NCBI GenBank assembly: GCA_905250055.1
Contig: CAJNOF010000019.1
Location: 905,027 to 942,201, forward strand
From: Rotaria sp.
Lineage: Eukaryota
Direction: 5' to 3'
DNA length: 37,175 nt
The notes beneath the pieces are model-generated. The model was not told the DNA's origin. It saw nothing but the letters and a program-made list of their open reading frames with translations, and ran no database searches. This document shows positions 1 to 10,900 of the stretch, in pieces (the first letter of the stretch is position 1; every line of letters starts with the position of its first letter). The position numbers and the translations under genes are program-made.

Positions 1-165
1 TTGATGAACTATTTCAGTTGGAGGATCGACTGTATCCATTATTACCAACAGAATAATGAATAAATCAGATCAGACGAGATTCATCTAGAAAGAAATAATT
101 TTCATATTCTTGCAAGTATAGATTAATTTATGTTAATTATTTTTCTTGGTTCAATGCGCAAGACC

Positions 166-189
166 CACCAACAACAACAACAACAATAG
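166..189. repeat. (CAA)n trinucleotide microsatellite in the probable 3' UTR of the TBC1D20-like gene
   Basis: 'accaacaacaacaacaacaataga'. Confidence 0.8.
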
Positions 190-442
190 AGAAAAATAAA
201 GGTTGAATAAACAAAGAAAAAACGAAAAATTTCCATTAAATGCATATAAAATATAAGAGAACAACAGAAGAAAATAGTTATTATCCAATATACACAAAAG
301 AATAGATCGATTAATTTTTTTTCTTGATTTCTTTTTCATAACGCTATATACATATAAAGCAAGACAATAATGTTCACATATAACAGAGCGACTAGAGTTC
401 GGGAATGAATATAGCAAAGTTAACAAAGTAAGACAAGTCGAT

Positions 443-3400
443 TTATTTTCCATATAATTGTGCAAGAAAATCTCCGAGACTAATAAATGCCGCTGGATCT
501 GTTCTTTGGGTATGATTCCATATATAAATAGCTAAACCACTTATCGTTAGTGTCACACCCCAAAGAACAATACGTGGCAATGCACCTTGTTGTTCTTTAC
601 GATCATTTATATCCGAAGATCTTTCATGATTATTGTCATTTTCAAATGAATCTGTACCGTATCGCCGTCGAATAGATGTTTCCATAGGTGAGTTTTGAAT
701 AAATTCACTAAAACACAGATTTATTAAAAAATAAAATCTTAGTACAATCCCTACAGAAATAAAATAGACAGTATGATCTAGTTGCTATTGTTAATCAAAG
801 AGTGATAGTTTTATTTTATCTGTTTTGAGATATCTTTCTTCATTCTCCAGAGATGTTATAAGGAAGTAGTTCATATATTATAACGAGAGGTTATGCATAT
901 ACGGTGTTACATCGTATATCAATGTCTGTCATGGGTTGTCATGTAGAATTATAACCGAATCGAAAAAGTTGAAAAATTTTCGACCGGTCTCTAAGTAGCG
1001 TTTCTCAAGAATTGTGAGAGTTGATTCAAATTTTTACTCGCATACTCTTCAACACTCCTTTTAGATCATGTTTCACAAAAGACAACAAAACTAGTTTAAT
1101 TAAATATTTTACCATTTTCTTATCCATTCATCATTTAATACATCAAGTGTATCTGGATGATGATTTCGGAATAGATGTAATGATCTATTAATAATTTCTT
1201 CCCAACTATTACTATCTAATTCACTGGGTAAACGTGTTAAATATTGATGTAATGAAGGCATATCACAGTCAATTGATAAAACTTGATCCGCATGAAAATT
1301 GACAATCTAATAAACAAAAAGAAACCAATGTTTCTTTTCAATATAAACAAAAAAAATAAATAATTTACTTCAGCAGCTACATATATTGGCATAAGAAAAT
1401 GTGAAACAATAAATAAATCATAAAGTCGTAGAATTATGTCAAGATCATCCAATACATGTGAGTACCATGTGATGAACCATGATAAAGCAAACATAACATT
1501 TCCAACACCACCTCTGAAATGAAATGAAATATTTCTTTGAATTTTAAATACAATCAAGATCGTCGTGGATCAAAGAGTATTCAAGTTACAAATAAAACAA
1601 TTCATAATATTCGATGACTGATACATGAGAAAGAGAAAATTAATTGAAATTATAGTCTAGAATTCCAATTCGTTTCAAATTCTAATTCTTCAATTTATAT
1701 ATTCTAAAAAATATTGTGTTTTCAAATTAAAAAAAAAAATGAGATCGGTTTATACTCGAAGAAAATTTAAATTATATTTAATGAAGACAATTAAGAATGG
1801 TTTTGTTTACCTTTGCATATATTCAGCACATTCACTATTGATACAATTGATAAGTGGCATTAGATAAGACAGTAAATCTCGTGTTTTTTCCATTGTTGGT
1901 CCCATAAAGTCTCTATATATATATATATAAATAATATATCATTATTATTAGTAAAATAAATCGACAAATGTATGCTACTATAATAATCTAAAACGGATAC
2001 TGATATTAAATGCTTTGTAACACAAGTACACATGTCATACCTTTTAACTTTAAAATCTATTTGTACGACTGAGGTAGATGTGTACTTAATCTTCATATAT
2101 TCTAAAACTGACGGTTTAATCCATTTATTCGTTTCAGATATTATCTCAGTAAGAATAACATAAAAATATGCACATGAACAATTACATATTCCAAAAATCT
2201 TCAATCGTTGAATTTAAATTTCAAGTTTGAAAATTAGTTCTGATTTTTACTATTAAAACTCGATTGTTCACAGCTTCTAAACAGTATGAAATAGGTTAAT
2301 AAAAATGAAGATTAAATAGCTATTTTCTTTTTATTATACTTGGTAGTTAGACATGGCTTCAAAATAAGTTTAAAATAGTGAGATGATTTGGATTTCGACA
2401 ATAGGAAGTTCTGTCGAGAGGAAAAGCACGTAATACACGTTAGCTACTTAGCTTACGAGAAGTGAATCCGAACTGATATCTGTCGTTTAAGTTCATATTT
2501 GACTCACAATGAAGTCTCGGTAAGACAAAAAAAATCCGAAAAGGGTTCGTGTACATCGGTCTCAGGAGTCCATTTATGATCGTTTTATTGAATTTTTCGA
2601 TCTAGCTTTAGATATTAACTGAAGAACCAAATAAGAGAATTTCGACCTGAGATCTCATCCATATGCACCAGAGTGATCAGATTTATCTATGGACAAAATT
2701 TCAGATCGAAATTTCGTTCTTTGATTTGTCGATAAAAACCTAAAGTTGGATCAACGCGACAGAAACTAAACCTAGGTTAATCGACGTTTGGTAGATATTT
2801 TCACAGTCACAGTACAGTTTTCAAATTTTTATTTGATACGAAAAAGTATTCTATTTAGTTTCTTCCATAAAGAAGAACAAAGAAAAAGGAGATCATCTCA
2901 AAGTTGACAAACCAAGAAGATGATTTATGATTCACTTGCTGTATTTCTGCTACTAAAATCCGATCAATTTCGTTAATAATACGTTTGTTTGTTGCTGATG
3001 ATGCTGGAATGAAATGCAGTCTTGGTGCCAAAATGCCATTATTATGGATACATACATAAATAGTTTTTCCATCACAATGATACATGTTCACCTTTTTGAT
3101 AATTATTCATTTTTCTCTTCATATATTCAGTGACTTCGTCGTATCGTTCGTTATCATCTGCAGATGAATTTTCATTAAAAACGAATTTTTTAAGTAAACT
3201 TAATATCATTTTCTGCTTCTGTAGTCTATTCTCAAGTACAATAAATTGCTTAATCATGATTGAACCTATATTCATTTCTATACTTTTATATAAGTTAGCA
3301 ATTTGCAGAAGTAAAAATGTTTTGAAACGTCGAATTTTTATTGATTGATGGGGTTAAATTGAATCCCATTACAGAACACTCATTGAATATTAAATAAAAT

Positions 3401-4680
3401 AATCAGAACTCATTTCCCGAGATCTATGATCATGAATTTTTTTCATCTTACTGAGACATCTTTCTGAACCTTATATGAGCTCAAAAGATAGGAATCAGCT
3501 CGATTAATTCTCTCATTAGGTCTTTCATTCTTCTCCTTGGTTATACTACTAGTTTAAAGCCATGACAAACTATAGAGCAATCTAAATATATATAGTCAAA
3601 TTGTATTTCGTAAAAATCAAGACTTCTAATGTCGTGCCTTTTGTCTGAGAACCAATTGTTTTAACTATATAAGATATTATTTCTCTACTAAATCATAAAG
3701 ATTTTTAATAGAAATCTTTATGAAATCGTATTATGAGATACTACTTAAATTTTTTTTTTTTATATCTCTAATATGTTTCATTTAATGTTCATAAAGATCT
3801 CATTCTATACTTAAAGATTGTTTCACAAATTAATATGAAATAATAATATTATCTAATTATGAATATTAAACAAAAATTTACTTGAAATGTGATTTAGTTA
3901 TTGTATCAATAAATGGAAGACACAAATCTGCACCGAGTACAATTAAAAATGTCAAACAAATATCATGATAACCCTATGCAAAAATAAAAAATCTAATAAA
4001 TATTTTATTCATTTAAATAGTTTACTTGATAATAATTAAGATAATCATGTTTGATTAAAATTTTGATAACGGTTATAATAAGTTCTTCTTGTAATTCAAT
4101 TCTATCCGAATCAGAATAATCTTTAAATAAACAAAATAAAAAGAATAATCATTTGTTTAAAAATATTTATACTCGGTGGAAATCGTTTTAATGTTCTTTC
4201 AACATCTATTCTAACTTGTCCATAAAATCGATGTGATTCAATTTGATTTGTATCTAATATTTTAATAAATTTGTTTATTATAAGAATAAAAAATCAAATT
4301 GATAAATAATAAATACCTGCTGAATAATAATCAATTGGACAAAAATATAATTTCTTATTATTATCATATTCTACTGTACAATAAGATGGTGGATGAATTA
4401 CTAAAGGCCATATCTGTTTACGATATAATATATTAATTAAACCAGTTTTTTTAGCATATTTAATTAATTTGTCTTTATTTTTTTTATTTAAATATTCTTC
4501 AATTCGATCAGATTTTGTTTTAAAAACCATTGAAAAACTTTCATCATCACTCAATGATGATGAGCCATTTGTTATTATTGATGATGAAATAACCTCAGAA
4601 TGAGCATCTTCCATTAATGCTGAATCATGATCAGAATCCGAATAGATACTTGATTCAAAAAACTCATCAATAGTTACCAT
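443..4680 (-). CDS. TBC1D20: TBC1 domain family member 20-like Rab-GAP; 7-exon gene whose last exon encodes a C-terminal transmembrane anchor
   Basis: Reconstructed minus-strand exons at about 4317-4680, 4025-4110, 3882-3973, 1811-1901, 1369-1513, 1113-1306 and 443-707, all GT-AG with consistent phases. Recalled TBC1D20 signatures are present: 'YRKQIWPLVI' (compare IRRKVWPKLL), 'LNYYQGYHDICLTFLIVLG' (YYQGYHDIVVTFLLVVG), 'DFMGPTMEKTRDLLSYLMPLI', 'MFALSWFITWYSHVLDDLDIILRLYDLFIVSHFLMPIYVAAE' (IFALSWLITWFGHVL...VVRLYDFFLACHPLMPIYFAAV) and 'DCDMPSLHQYL'. The terminal exon has a hydrophobic helix 'IVLWGVTLTISGLAIYIW', consistent with a tail-anchored protein. Intron 3 is unusually long (about 1.98 kb). 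Confidence 0.75.
1913..1936. repeat. (TA)n microsatellite in an intron
   Basis: 'tctatatatatatatataaataatatat'. Confidence 0.7.
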
Positions 4681-4990
4681 TCGGTTGGTAAAAAAAAAAC
4701 AACAATCTATTATCTAAATGAGTCAAACCTATTATTGTATATGTGGCAATACATGAGAAATAATAATTGTTGTTGTTTTTTTTCCTACTATTCTTCCTTT
4801 TCTTTTGAAACGGCTTTCGAGAGCCACTAATATAGTCAACAAAAAGAATGGATGTAGCTCGATCTATAATATTAGTATTGTATGATTTTTAACCAATTGA
4901 AAAATTCATTGTTTCGTTTTGTTTTTTGAAGAACAAGAAATGTTATTTTAGAAGGTACTTAATTTTGTTTTATGTTTTGAATGGCCTTCG
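4681..4990. promoter_or_regulatory. Putative bidirectional promoter between the divergent TBC1D20-like (minus) and SNX13-like (plus) genes; contains a 17 bp inverted repeat (4690-4706 and about 4766-4784)
   Basis: The two start codons lie about 310 bp apart in head-to-head orientation. The arms 'aaaaaaaaaacaacaat' and 'attgttgttgtttttttt' are reverse-complementary and separated by about 60 bp. Confidence 0.4.
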
Positions 4991-7900
4991 ATGATTTCTA
5001 AACATCTTATTATCGCTGGTCTATGTTTGATTTTGGGTTTTTTTGGAATTCAAAGAACTATTTATTGGTTATTTGTCTTTACAGCATTTATTGTTGGGTT
5101 CGTTTTGAATTTATTTTTGTTGCTTTAATTATGAAAATTAATGATTTTAATTTAGTTTTATTATTCATTTGATTATTCATAAACAAATATGGATGAAATC
5201 AAATCCAATTTATGATAAAATTAGAACAGCTTTTGTTCAATCAAAATTATTTTTTCGGGTAAGAAGTTTTAGTTTGCTTAACTGTTTCTTTAGTATAAAA
5301 TTGTAAAAAATTCTATTTGATAAGAGAAATTTGATTAAATATAGTTTTCATTATTGAAAACCTCATAAACCAAGTCAAGAAATATAACCTGTTTCCGACT
5401 GGAAACATTGACTTAGATAGTACGATTTCAGATTGATGAATAATAATATGTATCGTCTCGGATTTTCTTTTCCAGATATTCAAAATTTATTCATTCATAG
5501 TGTAATTTCATTGAGTGTATGAGATAATTGCACTGTTCTACATAATTATAAAGCCCTACGAAGTCATTGCTCATTAAGGATGAGCTTGAAAATAATTATT
5601 GACATCCAAATAAAAGTTATTTAAAAATGAGATCAACTATAAATGAACGCTTTTATTGTTGTATGACTAATAATACTAATATAGATTTATTCACATAGTG
5701 TTAATAATTTTGGTGAATAAACACGATTGATGTACACATTAGGATTTAATAAGTTATAGTTGATATATCTCTTAAAGAGTTTCTAATAAAATCCTCTATG
5801 AACTCAGTTTGGTTCTCAAACAGAGCTTTACGTTTTGGGATAGAAATGATCTTAAGAGTAGTGATGTTTTAGAATAAACAATTCGCTCAAATTCACGAAG
5901 CGTCTTTAATAGCCAATAGAGTTTTTATCAAATAAAAACACCAGTTTTCAGGTTTCAGGCCATGTGGCGAACTCTTTTTTTTATTTTTTGTAAAGTAGCA
6001 TTTTTAAACATAGCTTTTAGAACCTATCCTATCCAGTTTTTTTAAATCTTGCCAACGTATTGAATAGAAAATTCTATTGACTATTAAAATCACTATTTGG
6101 ATTAGAACTATTTGCTTAGTATTATAAGGAAAAAATCAAGCATACGTTCTTTGTCTAACTTTTTTCCACTAGATTAAATACAACAAAAGAAAGTATTGAT
6201 TACTATTATTATTCATATTAGTTTATTTTGATTGATAAAGTCTTTTACATTTAAACGTCATCTAATTTTTTTTTCTCTCCGAATGAAATATTAATCCTAA
6301 ATAGACAAAAATTTGATCAAGTTTTGAATTACTACTACTACTGATTTAATAAAAATTACCTTAATATTTATGTAGAAAAATTTTTATCATGACATGTATG
6401 TCAATATAAAAGAAAGCCGAGCAAATATTTATTTTGGTTAGATGTCGATTTACTTATAGCTATAAAAAGTTTACTTCATTTTGAATGAAAAATAACCATT
6501 AATTAATGTTAATACAGCCTATAATATTCAACAAAAAATAATTGTTGGACAAAATATTAAATAATATATCATAATCTAAAATAACAACATATATATTTAG
6601 ATCTCTGATTTTCAATATGATTCATCATCATCTTTGAAATCTTCAAATTCATCTACTCAACATGTTCCACTAACAGGAATATCTGATATTGATGAGCCAC
6701 TTTATGAAGTAAATTTAATTTAAAAAAAAGAATAATTTCGTGTGTTAAAAAAAAAAAATTTCTTTAATAGTTAATTGATTTATTTGTTCGTGATTATATT
6801 GAAATTTGGTATAAAACTCAATTAAGTTCGGATGAATCATTTATTAATGATGTAAAAAATGGAATTTATACAACAATTCGTCATTTATCCGAAAGGTTAT
6901 TTATTAAAAATTTTTATTTTATAAGTATTCAATAGAATTTTTTTTTTTATTCATTAGATTACATGAAATTGATTGGTTAGATTTTTGTACTGGAACAATT
7001 GTTGATAGTTTTGCAACACATGTTCGATTATATCGAAAAGCAAAAGAACGTTTACGTTTGGAACAATCAACAGATATTCGTTCATGTTTTTTTGATTTAG
7101 AAGCTGAATATGAAAGAGGAATTTGTCGAGATGATGTTTGTATGGATAAAGATAAAGAAAAAGGTATTATTATTTTATTGATTAAAATTATTAATTGAAT
7201 ATAATCAATAGAATTTCTTCGAGATATTGTTGAAGTTCTTATTTATATTCTTTTACCTGCTAATGAATTTCGTTGTATACCAGCTCGAGTTCTTCTTCGT
7301 GTATGTAAAATTGAATTTTAAAATATTTCAAGATATATATATATATGTTTGTCTTTTTTCAGGAAGTTGCAGTTAATTTAGGTTTAATACCTTTTATTGA
7401 CATGTATTCAGATCCAGATGCATTGAATCAATTGATTATTAGTATGGTAAGAAAAGATAAAAATAAATAAGAAATAAATAATTTACATTTATAATTCTTT
7501 AGTGTCAACAAATTCCATTAACGATTGATAATTTTCTTCTTGTTGTTCGAACAACTGATTCAAAAGATGAATTAACAACATTAGTCGAACGACTTGATGT
7601 AGAAATCAGTCGTTGGCGTTCAAAAGATACTGGAGGAGAAAATGGTATATCAAATTTTATATTTAATAACTCTCAAAGTTATTTAACTGGGTTTATTTTC
7701 AATCTTTTTTTTTTTTTACTGCTGTAAACATCAATAAGAATCCTGAAAGAGAGTTATTTAAAGAGTTTTTTTTGCAGCAAAGGTTTTTGAAAAGACAAAT
7801 GATTGCTAGTTTTTCAAAAGTACGATCTCTGAAAACAAGTAAAAATAAGTCTTTTATTTTCTGAAAGTGACAAATAGAAATTTCGTTTGAATTATTCAGA

Positions 7901-10900
7901 ATGATAGAGCAAACAATTCTCGATATAATAAAACACATTGTTAATTCTCTACGACGTTTTTTTGACCAAGATACATCAATCTTATGGAGGACATAACAGT
8001 AAATATGAGTCAAATGGGCCCACTTCCAGTGTTTTATCCAGGATTTTTTTTTCCGGAGGGGCGATTTGGAATTTCGGGGGAGCGAAAAATGATTTTCGGG
8101 GGGGGGGGGGGGGCAAGCCACGTGTTCATAGCACGATGATCACAAGTTTCGGGGGGGCGAACTCGATTTTCGGGGGAGCGCGGCCCCCCGAGCACCCCTC
8201 TGGATAAAACACTGCCCACTTCTAGTCCTCGGGGAGACGAAGATCAGATGTTTTTTGACTGAGATTGGAAACAACACGAAAAAACGATTGGTCTCATTCA
8301 TCACTACGCCAAAGTAATTCTGTCTGCTATTTCGTATGGATATATCATTTTTGTGCTTCCGTAAGATAAATGTATTTCGAGCATAAAGCATTTTAATGAA
8401 CTGTAAGATGTTTCATTTTGTAGTGTTATTTGCTTGGTTATTCAGAATAGTTCAGAGAGACCTTTATGTGCAAACTCAAACAAATGAAAAACTTGATTTT
8501 CAAATATTTCAAAGATCCTATCCTTGAAAAACTAGCAATCATGTGTCTCTCCAAAAATTCTTGCTACAAATAAAACTCTACATAAATCACTTTATGAGTT
8601 CTTATTGATGTATATAACAGTGAAATTATTTTGGAAGCCACCCTTGTATATGTATTTGTTTTTGTTTATTGAGTAGATTTTTGTCTTGTTTTTTAGATGC
8701 AGACATTCGTGCAACATTAAATAGTTATCAATATTTAAAAAAATTACTTAATGACAAATTAGATACACAAAATCGAACGGAAATAATAGTCTTTGTTAGT
8801 GATTCTTTTCTTTTCAAAATATTATTTATAGAAAAAAAAAAATTCTTTTTTAATAGGATGATGATGATATATTACCTAAAGTTTCTTATCGAGAATTACC
8901 ATTAGCCGAAATTTTAAATAATTGTAATGGTTTAGATTATTTTTTAAGTAAGATCTTGTAAATAAATTTATTGAAATTATTGAAAATTTTTGTAGAATTT
9001 CTGCAAACACTTGATGCTGTTGGTTATGGAAATTTTTATTTGAATGCTGAAGTAAAAAGAATACATAATAATGAATGAAAATTTATATTTTTATATTTAG
9101 GCATTTCGATGTGCTGGTCTATCAGCATCTCAACAAAATGCTAATTTAACATGTGAACAACAACAAGCAAATAAAGAAATACTTCGAAATATGGCTAAGG
9201 ATCTTATTGAACAATATTTTCTTTCAACAGTGAGTTTTTTCGTTTGTTTTATTATGTTCGTTAGAAGATTCTTTGTACGTTTAATATGAATTTTGTTATC
9301 GAAAGATTAGCTTTAAATTTAATATACTAACTTCATCTCAATTCGATCATTGGAAACTAATCAAGAGATGTTACAATTGACTTAGAGTGTTCAAAAAAAA
9401 AATGTAATCAGAAGAAATAGCCTTATGAGTAGAAGTATAAGTTATTTGACTGAGCCGTTGTAAAATGTCATCTTGAAATCTTCTTCATAAACACAACAAA
9501 ATATTGTTAGTGTATTTTAAATATTTTCAAGATACCTTTTTTTGTGACTTATAAAGCGTTGAAACTTCGAATTCTGTGTTTTGTCAGAAAACAAACAAAA
9601 AATAAGATAAACATTGACTTGTTATTTTTATAGTGCTCCTTGTTTTTGTTGTCTACCAAAACCTGCTTGAAATATGACAGGTTTATCTGCGAATTGTTGA
9701 GTGTTAGTGTTAAGTAATAAAAATAAGTATTTTGATATCTAGTCAATTATTAGTATTCACTGCATATATGTAAACATTTTACACTATATGATAAATTCAA
9801 AGTATGGATTTCAAATGCGAAATTCATCAAAGAAATTTTTCATATGTTACAAAAGTTTTTCTTTCGTTCTGCTTCAATACTTGTCTAATGATTATCTCTA
9901 ATAGAAAATTTGAATCTTATATATATATATCAATTATAAATAAATGAATTTTAATGATTAAAAATTTTTTTTAAGGGAACATTTAAATTACCTATGGATG
10001 AAATGTTAATAAGAAAAACATTAAAAAATTTAAATTCAGAAACTATTGATGAAACATTACTTGATGAACTTCAAACAAAAGTATGACTAATATTATTTTA
10101 TTCGAAATAAATATATTTGATAAATTATTAATTTCAAAGGTTTTTGATATTCTTTCATCTGAAAAATATTATGGTCAATTTAAAACAACAACTCAATATA
10201 TGAAAGTATTAAGTGAATTTGAATTTACTGATTCACTTAATGATAATTCCGGTTAGTTTTTCTTTTAAAGGAAAAAAATATCTTTTTATTTTTGTTGTTG
10301 AAATCAAGATGCTACATCTTTATCAAGTACTAATAGTAATGAAACATACAATGATTCTACTGACTCACAACAACAGGCAAGTCCTGGAACAAATATAGAA
10401 CGTACAAATACAATGACACCTGATATTCTTGATACTATTGAGAATTATCTAATTACTACAGAAATCAATGAATCCGGTAAATTTTAAACATTTAATTGAC
10501 TTAATGTATATAAATTTTTCTTTGTAAGGTGTATGTTGTGAGAAAGGTGAAAAATATGCAATTTATGTGATATCTGTTTTTTGTAAACCATTACATGCAA
10601 TTAATGATGAACAACGACGTGAATGGATAACATATCGTCGTTATAGTGAATTTAATGATCTTCATATGACAATAAAAAAACGTTTTCCTGCTCTAAGAGA
10701 ATTTATTAATTTACCCAATAAAAGCTTTATTAATAATACAAGTCAAGAAGTACGTTTAAAACGACAAAAAGAATTGAATGATTATTTAACAGTAAGTTTT
10801 TTTTCTCTTTCTGAGTTTCTTAAGTTGGTTGTTTTGTGTAGACATTAGTAAATCCAAAAGTACTTCAAAATAATCCAGGTCTTGGTGAACTTGTACTGAA

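Noticed and set aside
4981-5001. ATG at 4981 as the SNX13 start
   Set aside because: It is followed by an in-frame TAA after 6 codons. The ATG at 4991 opens the frame encoding the two TM helices.
7938-8391. Overlapping ORFs on both strands (89, 61 and 83 aa) rich in Gly/Pro/Arg
   Set aside because: They lie entirely within or beside the GC-rich MITE interior in an SNX13 intron. They have no splice context or family resemblance and are a compositional artefact of the G/C tracts.
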